In this document: one piece after another, positions 13,348-25,422 of the stretch
How positions within the stretch are numbered: the first letter of the stretch is position 1
How the letters are laid out: each line of letters opens with the position of its first letter
Assembly: GCA_030390025.1 (NCBI GenBank)
Contig: CM059447.1
Span: 3,534,001 to 3,598,000, forward strand
Origin: Squalus acanthias
Lineage: Eukaryota
Direction: 5' to 3'
DNA: 64,000 nt
Position numbers and translations under genes: made by a program
Notes under the pieces: model-generated
Seen by the model: the letters and a program-made list of their open reading frames with translations, nothing else
The model's database searches: none
What the model was told of the DNA's origin: nothing

Positions 13348-13809
13348 CAGAGGTTCCCAAACTTTCCATATTGCGTACTCCCTTCCAGATCTACCAACTG
13401 CCCGCGTGCCCCTACCAGCATACAGGTTTAACCCCTTTTCACTGTTATGTTCGGCAGATATAGTTATAGTGCGACGTATACACCCAAAAAAAAATCCGAC
13501 TTAGTTCTGAGCTCAGTTAGACTGGACAGTTGCTGGGCAACTGAAAGCACGCTGTAGTGTTTGGTGATTGGAGGTGAGGGCTCTGTATGTCATCGTCACT
13601 GTGTATCTGTGTTCTCATTGGTACATCTTGAAGCAAATTATCTACTTTAAAAAACTCTGCGGGAAAGAGTTATATAAAGTTTCGTCTTAGTAGCCTATTC
13701 TAAAAATGCAGTAAAGAAAATAATTAATAAATAAAAATCCACCATTAGACAATTTTTTCCCGTGCACCCCCCCAGAGATGTCTCTCGTCCCACAGTTTGG
13801 GAACCCCTG
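13348..13809. mobile_element. hAT-Charlie-type MITE
   Basis: TIRs cagaggttcccaaact / agtttgggaacccctg; 8-bp TSD ctttagag (13340-13347) / ctttagtg (13810-13817). Confidence 0.85.
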
Positions 13810-13924
13810 CTTTAGTGTAAAGGTACTGCATATCTACGTTGTGAACAAACAGAATTAAGTAGGTTGATAGTCATGAGAAGAAGTTAGTCAATACATTCAG
13901 ATAGGGTAGGCTGAATGTAGAAGT

Positions 13925-14090
13925 GCCAGCTTGGCTCAGTTGGTACCACTGTTAGCATGGAGTCCAAAGGTGGTAGGTTCAAACCCCACAAAGATTTGAG
14001 TTCATAATCCTGACTGACACTTCAGTCTAGTACTGGGGGAGTGTTACATTGTCAAAAGTACCTCCCTTCAAATGAGATGTTAAACCAACA
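13925..14090 (+). mobile_element. tRNA-derived head of Deu-domain SINE, degenerate
   Basis: A-box tggctcagttgg, B-box ggttcaaaccc, then gctgacact...gtactg...gagatgttaaacc. Confidence 0.6.
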
Positions 14091-16330
14091 TATATGTCCT
14101 GACTGGGACATACGTAGTCATTCCTTAAAGAATATTGTATCTAGCACCATTCTGGAAGCTCCATCGACAGCTGTGCAAGAAGGCCCACACCGTCTCAAAT
14201 GTCGCTCGTACTCCAACAACATATAAAAATTAAAGTGGTCCAGTGTTCTGTCTGGTCTGAATCTAACTGGAACAAAATGCACCAGCGGTGTGGAAAACAA
14301 ATGGTAGCCATGGAATGGGAGGATGCAAATTTGATTTTCCTCTGCTCAGTTCCTGATGAGCAGAACGCAAGAATTTCTCTGCCTCAGATCTTGGTGCTAG
14401 ATTGTAGCTGTTATACGCCTCCTGGTGGTTGGCCTAGGAGTAGAAGTAGCCAGAGTTCTGGTAACGGACTAACTGTTCATTCTCTATCAGACATGTGGCA
14501 CAGAAGAGCATGTGAAGGAGCTGAAGGGAGGAAAGCTTGAGAGGAGCAAAATTTGCCCTTAATTTCTAAAAATAACATTTGGTCCCAGATTCCGATTGAC
14601 TTTGCATGTTTGTGCATAACTAAATAAATAGAGTATTGTTAGCAATGAATTGACTGATGTCTCTGACAGAATGTGTACATGTGGTTTTAAAAGTTTGAAT
14701 TTCTGTGTTTTAGTATCACATTATGTAAGGCCAGTTATGTTTTAGGTAATTCCATTACTTTTATGTATAGCTTCCATCTGTAGTAATGAAGGTTGGATTA
14801 GAAATGAACTGCTGGCAACATTTCATTACAGCTCTTGGCACCCCTACCCCCTCCCATATTATCAGAGTACGTGTGCAATACTGGTTTCAGGAAAATAGGT
14901 GGTGTGGTCATTTAGGTGAATGATTTCTAGAATTAAATTTGTTGGATCTTGAATAATTCATCTTTGTAATTAAATCAGATTTTTTCTCCCATGAGGATGC
15001 TGTCTACCCATAGGATCTATCCCAGACTTTGTGTCCTAGATAATTTCTCTTCTTGTATCCCAGAGGCTATTAATGCACTATACAGGCCTGATTGGGCTCA
15101 TTTGATCAAACAGCAGCTGACGGATTTTTAAAAAAAAATACCGAAGCACTACTTGCAACGAGTGCACACAATGCTTGGCACATATCAGCTTTTAGGGAAA
15201 AAAATCTCATTACCTACATATCAGTATAATTCTGTCTCTGTGAGCCTTTTTTTATTTTGCATAAACATGTTTGCAAACCAGATCATTGCTTTGCCTCCAT
15301 TGATCTACAGTCAATAGCTGGTATGTTTGTGAAATTAACTTCTGTTTTTGTTGTCTACCTTCTATACAGGAAGGGCAAACATAACGGTTTCTCACCTATA
15401 TTTACCAAAATGTTAGAAAAATACAACATTGGCTTCACATTTCTGTTTTTTTTTCTATCCATCTCCTCCAAAAAAAAAAGTGTGGCCAACCTCCCAAGTG
15501 GAAATTTCTCTCCATTTGAAATGGTGTTTGGGAGTCTGTCGTGATGAGAACAAGCAAAATTCACCCAAGGCAGGTTCAAAAGTAATTGAATGCTGGCATT
15601 GAAATTTTGACCCTTGTGGTTTGGGATTACAGGATTCTACCACTGGAACTGCTGTACCAGACTGTCAGGGGATCTTTGTATCATATTACCATTTAAAATT
15701 GGGCGAGAAAGTGGTTTGGTAGCAGTGATGTATTGAATTTCTATTCATACAACCCTGAGCACCAGCCATGAATAACTCTGTTGAAGTCAGCCTACCCTCT
15801 GCATGTGTCTTGTAGTTCCTATCTTGGTGTTAAGAGTACACCATCTCAGGGGAATGGTAGAACACAAGAATTAGCAGGGAGATCTGTCCTGTAAAGTAGC
15901 TAGGAATGTTTTTGATTTAGCTTTGAAGCTGGCCTTTGAAGTCCATTTTGGTGCATACATTCTTGCCTCTCTTCCTGGATAAGGAATGATATGTTGAGGC
16001 AGGAATGTTGAACGATGAGGATATCAAAACAGGTAGGAAAAGATGCACTGGATCAAATATCAGGGCCACTGGTTAATAGTCACTAGATAAGTCAAATTAT
16101 GTTCTTGTCACAGGATGTTCTTGGATTTATAGATTGCATTCTGTGATTCATACATATGAAGAGAGAGATTTTTTTTTTAAATCACCTGGCCCATCAGTGT
16201 TCACCAACTGCTAGAAATGCTAACTCCTTGGAGAGGCAGAAAAACCTGCAAATAAATACTGGGAAATTCCTCCCTGAATCAGTAAAGTAATCGAGCAAAC
16301 TCCTGCAATCCCCACAATGCATCACTAGGC

Positions 16331-17118
16331 CCGCGTTGTCCAATCAAAATTGCTGACTAGCCATAGGTGTGGCCATGGCGACACTGTTAGCCGCCTGCAC
16401 TAATTTTAGTAGAAAATGTCAGACACTATACAGGGTAAATGTACTTCACATGTATATTTACTTAAACATCTACCACCATTCAGTGGAAAACTTTGCAATC
16501 TTTCTCTTTCACCAAAGTTTGGAACTCTGGCATGAATTTATCAGACACAGCACACCTTGGTGCAGCTTCTAGGTTTGTGTCCAGCAGTTGTGAGTGGTAC
16601 TTTGACTTTATCAGAGTGATTGCTGAGAATGTTGACTCGCACAATGAGACGCGCCAGGCCCGCTCCCGCTCGCCATCCAGAACATGGTTGGATGCTGCTT
16701 GTCCTTTGTCATGAAGTGCTCGGTTGCGAGTTGCTCGTTATTAGTCGGGATTGATTTCCTCGGCTGGCCTGGAGCGGTTATTCTAGTTGAGCTGATCACG
16801 ATGACAGCTTCCTTCTCCATACAATGTTTATTGGTGTTTCCATGGTGCTGAAGGCCTGCATTTTCACTCGTGTTACACACCATTTTAGCAGATAACTAAT
16901 GAGCAGTGAACAAGGAAGAAAATGCACACAATGATCAAAAAACACTCGCACATTCTGCTTTTTGTCTTGCCATTTTACCAATAAATGCACAAAACAGTTA
17001 AATTACCCATGTTCAATGACTGTCTATTACTCATTTTTTAATTTACTAATCAAAAATGCAATTAGCCACTTCTGGATTCCCAAATAGCCATATGTGGCTA
17101 ATGTATTGGACAACATTG
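16331..17118. mobile_element. Non-autonomous hAT-Charlie (MER3-like ends) DNA transposon
   Basis: TIRs ccgcgttgtccaat / attggacaacattg; subterminal tagccat/tagccac and gtggc motifs; 8-bp TSD cactaggc / cacgaggc. Confidence 0.75.
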
Positions 17119-18937
17119 CACGAGGCATACTGAAACTAACCCTCCTTTCTCTCTTTTCCCCTCTATTCCCCCCCCCCCCCCCTGCATAGGACTACGCGAA
17201 ACAAAAAACATTTTTTCCTGAAAACAGTAAATTAGTCGACCTGACTATGATGAAACTGCTTAAAACATACAAACTGGGTTGATGAGAACCTCGTTTATCA
17301 CAATCCATACTGAATTGTAAGAAGATTTGCTTTTGTATGGAATTTACAAGCTTGTATTTTTTTGTTCCCTTACAATTCAGCGTTGTTTCGTTCCCTGCCC
17401 CGCATCTCTCTCATTATTCTTTGTCAGGTTGGACAGCTTATGTACAGCTCCAGATATGCTCTTTTCAGTTTTCCGTGGGCATGCTTGAGTGATATGCCCA
17501 GGTATCCTCAGCCAGACAAGCTGCAAACTCATTGTACAGTGGCTATGAAAGTGTAATTCTCTTAGCCTGACAGATTATACTATTTAAAGTTAGTCTATCC
17601 ATGTACCCTGGGCTTTCCTCAAGGTACATCACCTCCGAACATGTTTTAGGTTTTGTCTCCTAGACAGCTACAGTAACCAACTACATGTAAGATGCTATTA
17701 GTTCAAAATTCATGTTCGTTGTCTGCTACTTACTTCGCTCAGTTAACCTGTTCGGTTCCGGTATAGCATTTAAGAATAAAGCATTGTCAGCCTGTGTGTG
17801 GGTCAGAAATTAGTGAAATGTTGAAACATTGCAAACAGATTGAAATTGGTTTCTTTTGTAGAATTTTCAGAGTAGATTTCACTGATTTGTAGGGTATTAA
17901 TGCAATCTCTTGCAGATTAATCCTGAGCTTTTGTGTTTGTAAAAAATGGATCTTGCTGCTAAATGTCAGGACTTTTGATTTAGAAAAGAGTGATTCATTT
18001 CTTTGGAGCTCCGTGCATTTTCTTAAAATCCATATTTGATGTAGAGTTAAGAACTTTACTGATCCTAGGTCTGGAATCTACCATGTATACTGTTGGGATC
18101 AGCAAACCATATTTCTCACATGCTCCATATACAAGTAGGTTAAGTTTAAATGTATCTAATTTTATACCCCTTTTACCATATACCCTTGGAGAGTGACACT
18201 CAAACTATCTCTCTACACCGCTTTCACACATTTATATTGTCATTAGGCACTGCACTCCTATATTCTGAAAAAGGGGACCATTTATTCTGCGTATCACATA
18301 TAGCAATGCAATGTGAGCTATGAACTTGAGATAAATTACTTTACTGGCTGGTTAGGGTGATGGGAAATCAATAAATTAACAGAGCCAGTACTGTTGTTCA
18401 GTGCTTTCGCAATATCACCTTATTTTGCGCTGTAAAATAAACACATTAATGCACTGAACCAGCACAGTGTTTAACAGACAATTAATAGAAGAGCTGGCAG
18501 ATTGCAAGACCCACGAAAATGTTGTTGATGTGCTGCCGTCAGTTTGCTGGAGATTGGATTGTTTATGTTCAGGAGTGCTGTCAATGACAGGAGAAATGCA
18601 CGTCACGGTACAAGGGTTTAATATCAATACTGTGATGGCTCCTATAGCTTTGTGAATTCTCTGCTGTTCTGCAGAAACTTACTCCTTGCTGGTGTGACTG
18701 TCTTTGTAATTTGGCACTCTGTTTCATGGTCGTGTAATCAGTAGTCGTTATTTCAAAGTATTTTATTAAAAAAACACAACACCCATTCATTGGGTGATAC
18801 AGAATTCAGCTTCTTGTGTCCAATTGATCACTGCTGTACTTGAAAACAAACATATGCCTTGAGTACATTGTTGCTATTTGATGCTATATGGATTACAGAA
18901 TGGATGTATTTTAAATAAGATTCTTAAATATCTTAAA

Positions 18938-19602
18938 TATGTGCACAAATCGTTGAAGATGGCAGGGCAGGTTGAGAAAGCAGTTAAAGCTTACAGGATC
19001 CTGGGCTTCATGAATAGAGGAATAGAGTACAAAAGCGTGGAAATTATGATGAACCTGTATAAAACACTGGTTCGGCCTCAACTGCAGTATTGTGTCCAAT
19101 TCTGGGCACCGCACTTTAGGAAGGATGTGAAGGTCTTAGAGAGGGTGCAGAAAAGATTTACGCGAATGCTTCCAGGGATGAGGGACTTCAGTTACGTGGA
19201 TAGACTGGAGAAGCTGGTGGTCTCCTTAGAGCAGAGAAGATTGAGAGGAGATTTGCTAGAGGTGTTCAAAATCATGAGGGGTCTGGACAGAGTAGATAGA
19301 GAGAAACTGTTCCCTTGGCAGAAGGGTCGAGAACCAGAGGACACAGATTTAAGGTGATTGGCAGAAGAACCAAAGGCGATATGAGGAAAAACCTTTTTAC
19401 TCAGCGAGTGGTTAGGATCTGAAATGCACTGCCTGAAAGGGTGGTGGAGGCAGACTCAATCACGGCTTTCAAAAGGGAGTTGGATAAGTACTTGAAGGAA
19501 AAAATTTTGCAGGGCTACGGGGAAAGGGTGGGGGGGAGTGGGACTAGCTGAGAGTCGGGACGGGCCAAGTGGCCTCCTTCAGTGCTGTAACCATTCTATG
19601 AT
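18938..19602 (+). mobile_element. CR1 LINE 3' end
   Basis: ORF 18878..19357 (YKTLVRPQLQYCVQFWAPHFRKDV...RRLRGDLLEVFKIM); tail ggcctccttcagtgctgtaaccattctatgat. Confidence 0.95.
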
Positions 19603-20062
19603 CTTAAAAGAAAAAGGTTAAATGGATGCAACGTAGTTCCAAGTTACAAGGATATTCACACCAGTGGCAATAAGAAGCGTTTATGAAGTGTAGCCGGGAT
19701 TTTACAGTGCTGTGGTAGCTAGTCACAGTATTGGCATTGATTTAATAGTGATCCAAGTTGGGATAAATTTAACTTATTTTCAGTACCCTTGGAACTGTAT
19801 CAGAGTGAGCAAGCAGGGGCTGCTTATGATATGTAGTTTCTGTCCAATGCTATAATGTTTTTAGTAGGGCATTCTTTCCTAGTGGTGATTTCAGATTAAC
19901 AGCATTTGTAGTTTTCCTTAATCTATAATTGATCCTATCTAATGAGTTGCATTGTTTAAATTAACATTAATCAAAATGCTTGGACATTTTATTAAGTTAC
20001 TGGAATCAAATTAAATGTTGTTTCAGATTTTAAGTAATTTTTTTCCTTTTTTTTATTTCTAG

Positions 20063-20101
20063 TATTATGTGCTAAGAATTTGGTGAAGAAAGACTTCTTC
20101 C
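20063..20101 (+). CDS. SMURF2: SMURF2 coding exon 2 (C2 domain: (V)LCAKNLVKKDFF(R))
   Basis: Polypyrimidine tract + tctag acceptor, gtaagt donor; 39 nt, phase 1-1; translation matches the SMURF C2 N-terminus and joins exon 3 in frame (C|GA = Arg). Confidence 0.95.
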
Positions 20102-20659
20102 GTAAGTATTCCAGCTGCATGTCACTAGACGAGACTATCTTGGCAATGTTCATAACCCTAAAAGTAATGAAAGTTAGTTGTATAATAATGCACTTTAAAG
20201 ATTTTTACATATCATTCCGTTAAGTCGTGTAAAGTAGGCTTTAAAAAAAAATCACTTGCCAGAAAGCTATTCTATTTGTAGTTTAGTGTATAACATTAGT
20301 CAAATTCAAGTGTATACATTTCTGAGGTATGATATTGATACACTTCAGCTTTACAACAACTGATCCAAATTGGTAGTATTTGGAGAGATTGTGTTCTAAT
20401 GAGTTTAGATACACTGAACAGCAGTGATTATTGACTGAACTGCTCAGTAGAGTAACTTCACCATTACTGATGTGGCTGTGTGTAGACTGAATAGTGTCAT
20501 TAGATTTGCATGGAGCTGTATGTTTCAATTTTTCGTTGTTTCCCTTTCCTGCTCTTCCCTTATTTACCCCCTACCACCAGCAGTTCTCCTCCTGGAAGTA
20601 CGTACCATAAGCAGCCCCTGTGTGCTCACTCTGGCACAGTTCCAAGGGTACTGGCAGCC

Positions 20660-20985
20660 CTCCACTGACCTGGTCGAGTTGACATTCATATGTGGACTTA
20701 GATATTGAGTATTAGCGGGCTATTGAACTGTGGGGGGCATCACATCCCAGCCCCATGCTATCTTTACTCAGTGTTCTCATACGTACTTTACAGCAGGAGT
20801 CATTGGATAGCAACTAGCTTTCTTCTCTATATCCATCCCAGCCCAGGGACAGTGTAGCCTAATGTAGCACTGTATTGCCAGTTGATGCTCACTAATTCAA
20901 CACAAACCAGAGATTGAACCAGGAACCTACCTAGTCTATATGGTTCAGTTGCACACCACACAAAGCAATTGGTGGAGCCCCAGTG
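20660..20985 (-). mobile_element. AmnSINE2-like SINE, degenerate
   Basis: gggggcatcacatcccagccc...cagcaggagtcattggatagc...gattgaaccaggaacc. Confidence 0.55.
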
Positions 20986-21681
20986 TATTTCTATAATGGA
21001 CAAAATCAGTGGGCCAAGTGGCATATTTTGGAATGAAGTATTGATACAAGTTTCTCATTTCTCAAATCAGCGTGACCTACTCTCTACACCAGTCTCACTG
21101 TCCTCACTGGCCACCAGGGATTATCACATGTGACTCTATAGGGAAATTTCACCAGATTATTCCACCAACTTCTGTACTGTGCAACACGGATGCGATCAGG
21201 AATTTAGCACCAAGTGCACTAGCCTATCTCCCTCATTTCATGGTATGAAGACTATCAATTGTAATTACTGAAAGTTGTTGGGTTAATGGGACATCATTCG
21301 ATGAATAAACTTCAAGTTGTACAATACTTACATTAAAGCCAAGGCTACCTGATCAGCTTTGTCCCTTTTGAATATTTTTAAGAGTAAGAACAATGTAGTA
21401 AAAAAATCAAGATTCTAACTGTGTGTTTTTGGAGAAACCAAAACAATGTAAAAAGGTTTTCATAGTTTGATGTATAAATGATCCTTTATGATTAATAAAA
21501 TCCTGTTCTGGTTTCTTTGGTCATTTGCAGTGCTCATGCATCATAACAAACGACATGGGTTGGAATGGGACGTTCTTGATCCCTATAATCATTATGGTAG
21601 GATTAATTAGCACAGGGTGATCCAAGAGGAACATCTGAATTCAACAGTGGAACTGCTTTCATGCATTGATTAATTAGAATA

Positions 21682-22320
21682 CAACAACAACTTGTATTTA
21701 TATAGCGCCTTTAATGTAGTAAAACCTCCCAAGGCACTTCACAGGAGCGTAATCAGACAAAATTGACACCGAGCGAAAGGAGGAGACATTAGACGGAGAG
21801 GTTTAGGGAGGGAATTTCAGAGTTTAGGGCCTAGACAGCTGAAGGCACGGCTGCCAGTGTTGTGGCGAAGGAAGCGGGGGATGCACAAGAGATCAGAGTT
21901 GGAGGAACGCAGAGTTCTTGGAGGTTTGTAGGGCTAGAGGAGGTTACAGAGATAGGGAGGAGTGAGGCCATGGAGGGATTTAAACACTAGAATGAGAATT
22001 CGTAAATCAATGCATTACTGGACCGTGAGCCAATATAGATCAGTGAGCACAGGGGTGATGGGTGACTGAGACGTATGGACAGCAAAGTTTTGGATGAGCT
22101 TAAGTTTATGGAGAGTGGAAAATGGGAGCCCGGCTAGGAGAGCATTGGAATAGTCAAGTCTGGAGGTAACAAAGGCACAGATGATGTTTGCAGCAGCAGA
22201 TGGGCTGTGGCAGGGCCAGAGACAGGCAGTATTATGGAGGTGGAAGTACGTGATCTTTGTGACGGAGAGGATATGTGGTCGGGCTCAGCTTGGGGTCCAG
22301 TACGACACGGAGGTTGTGAA
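21682..22320 (-). mobile_element. L2 LINE 3' end
   Basis: (caa)n + cttgtatttatatagcgcctttaatgtag tail; collinear with the copy at 37338-37885. Confidence 0.85.
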
Positions 22321-24849
22321 TAGAATAGCAAGACTAGCTCAAGCGATAAGGTTTTGCTAATGGTTAGTGTTTAAAACAAACTCTCGACTGAGAACTGTTT
22401 TTATTCGCTTTCTCCTCTTTCTTCGAATCTTTTAGCTGTTCCCCCCTCTTTCTCTTCCCCCCCCCCATCCTCCCCCCTGCCCCCATCCTATAACTGGGCA
22501 AAATTAGCTCAATCACACCATCAAACACAACATAAATTACAAACCATGTCTCACTATAGAACTGAGGCAGACTGCCATGCAGTATATAATTGGCCGCTAT
22601 GTAAAAATACATTATAAAGTGAGTAGGGAAGGGAAAAGTGTTGCATGACTTCACTATTGGCGTAGGAGACTTGACCAATATAATGTGTTAGAGTGCTCTA
22701 TAAATTGGATCGAATGATGTATAGGCAGAATGGTGCATAATTAAATGTGCATGCCCTGACCTGATGTAGTTAAGTGTGGCACAGTTAAATTCATGCCCAC
22801 AATTGTACATCATAGCCTTTGAGTGTCTTTAAGTCTTATTTATTAGTTTTAACAATAAAGTCCTACTGGAGCCATATAACATCATATTGAATTAATATAC
22901 AGAATATTATGAAGAATCCAGAGATGGTGCTAAGAAACAAATTCTACAAGAATAGGACAAAAGATGATGGAAGAAATTATAGAGAAAAGGGCACTCTAGT
23001 ATATATTTGAATGTTGGGGTCATGATTAATTTACTTTATAAAAGTGAGCTACGGAGAGCAGAGGATAAATGACGGTGTTTGACACGTGGGCCACTGCTCT
23101 GATCATTGAGCAGCACCGTTCTTCTGGTTCAGAATTTGTGACATTCACAAAAAACACAGCTGTTCTTGTATGTATGAAAATAGCTGTACAAAGATGATCA
23201 CAGTGTCATGTCATAATGTTGCAATTTTAGATTTTAAAGGACAGGCAGACATTTTACGCTGAATTTTTTTTATTTAAAGATCACAGGATTTTAAATTTAA
23301 GAAATACATGTGATTTGGTCAAAGATGGCAGTCTCCTCTGGTTGAAATCGCATCGGAATGGAAAAGCTTGACATTTACTTGCTGCATGAGTAGCATACAA
23401 AATAGTAATTTCGAGGAGATGTTGAGTTGGAGGAAACTTTTTCCAACAAGACAAACTATTATGACAACTTCCCCATACCTCACCTTTACTACTTGAGAGA
23501 TTTTATTGCTTGATTTCTGCAATTAAAAATACCCCAGAATATTCTAAGGAAAATACTTGCCCATTTGTTATTGGGGAAAACCAGTTGTACTATACACCTC
23601 TTGGAGCAATGCACTGTTAAAAGGCCAGCAAAAAATGTGGGCCAAATTCAATTTAATGACCTGAGTATTACATATATGACAGAAAAAGGCAATTGTTATA
23701 TATACTAAAAATTAGGTTTTTTGGTGGGGTGGGAGGGTTCTTTTTTTTTGTTCTGTTCAGCAGGTTGTACATTTACTTTCATAATCTAGTTGTCCCATCA
23801 CATCTCTGGTTCTTAATGGTTTTCATGAAAAAATACAACCCACACATTTGGAACAGTGACAACATCTAGTTACATATTATCTCTTCTGATGCATTGAATT
23901 CAAAGCACTGCCTACTAAACCCATTTGCTTCAACATTTGTAGAATTAATGGTACAAAATAAAAGTTCCTTTCACTTTGTTTCAGTGGAAAATTGATTGAA
24001 TCCTAACTTTATAAGTGAAACGTTGACCTATCGATACTGAACTCTTGGAACTGGAAGTTTCAAGGGTGAAGGTAGAGTCGGGTCAGGGGCGGTGGTGAGA
24101 GCTCAAAGCAGGGTAATAAGACTTTTCAATGAAATGTAGTCGAACATAGTGAATCTAGTAATGTATATAGATTTTCTCCCATGGTTGCTAGGGAGAGGGA
24201 ACGATAAGATTGTGGACTTTTCCAAAAGATGATATCACTTCTTTCCTGTCAGTAGGGATGTGATTTGTTCTGGAATGTATTTCATACTTGTAAAGAATGG
24301 CGCACACATCATATACCAATCACTTTATTGATTTTCATACAGCATCAGGGAAATTCAATGGCAGACATGACAAAAATGACAAGTACAAATTACTTGATGG
24401 TAGTCTTCTGAAATGGGAGTGCTTGTGTGTCGTGGGCAGTTATGACTGTTGTTGTCAAGGTAGATCATGATGTCTTTAAAAGTTTTATACAGATTTAAAA
24501 GTCTAAACCTTTTGCATGGGGCCTTCAAAAGTGTACTGTGGGGACATTTGAGAGTAGAGTTACTTTCAGTTAAGTTAAGAGCAAAATCACTGTTTTCCCT
24601 ACCTGATTGCAGACTATTGTATTTGTTCAGCCCCCTGGACTTGCTCATTATCCCTTCACCAATACTACTCCCTGCTGCCATTTCCTTGTGTATTTTGTCA
24701 TGCGATGGACTGTGTACTATAATTGTCTTATATTTTGTTAAGATTACTATTTAGCGGTCTTCTCATGCTGCCCAGCTTCAAACAGCAGTGATCTGCTTCC
24801 AGACCTTTGCCAATGATGCTCTGCATTTGGCTACAGCAGTACTATGTGG

Positions 24850-25035
24850 TGAAAAGCAAACTACTGGTGATGCTAGAAATCTGAAATAAAAGCAGAAAAT
24901 GCTGGAAGTACACGCACAGCATGTCCGTGAACATTTGTGGAGTGAACAGACAAGTACAAAATTTTGGGTACTGACATATCTTTAAAACTGTTTGAAGAAA
25001 GGTCTTCATCAAAAACATTAACAATAGTTCTCAGA
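24850..25035. mobile_element. Penelope-derived terminal repeat, degenerate
   Basis: gatgctagaaatctgaaataaaagcagaaaatgctggaag; same family as 46689-46903 and 63880-64000. Confidence 0.55.
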
Positions 25036-25313
25036 GTTGGAACTGTATTGCAGCATGCCTCTCTGAACTGCCTTTCAGAGAGGAGGGTGAAATACTTTTT
25101 TTTTGTGGGGGATGAGAAGAGAGAGTTTTCTTTGAAGGAAAAAGTCTTCATAAAAATAGTGTGGTTTGTATACAGTATTGTTAAAATGTCATTCTAATGT
25201 ATAACTTTCTAAGAATAAATGGAAATACTTTTGTAGTAATCCTTTTCTGTGAGAAAATTAAGATGGCATAGTAACTGAACAAAATTTCTTACTGTTTTTT
25301 TGTTTCCCTTTAG

Positions 25314-25422
25314 GACTCCCTGATCCCTTTGCAAAGGTGGTAGTAGATGGGTCAGGTCAGTGCCATTCTACAGACACAGTGAAGAACACCCTAGACCCAA
25401 AGTGGAATCAGCATTATGATCT
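25314..25422 (+). CDS. SMURF2: SMURF2 coding exon 3 (RLPDPFAKVVVDGSGQCHSTDTVKNTLDPKWNQHYDL)
   Basis: ttttttgtttccctttag acceptor, gtgagt donor; 109 nt; translation is the SMURF C2 core. Confidence 0.97.

Noticed and set aside
13925-13990. tRNA gene
   Set aside because: A and B boxes are present but there is no cloverleaf, and the sequence continues into a SINE body.
14352-14380. Additional hammerhead at ctgatgag
   Set aside because: No stem II followed by GAAA; other isolated ctgatga hits (about 4947, 39461, 40140) fail the same test.
16493-16714. Cryptic coding exon (IRVIAENVDSHNETRQARSRSPSRT)
   Set aside because: Lies inside the TIR/TSD-bounded hAT element; no SMURF similarity and no convincing splice pair.
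1-20062. SMURF2 exon 1 (MSNPG...VKLRLT) and promoter
   Set aside because: No matching translation or CpG island found; exon 1 is presumably upstream of the window.
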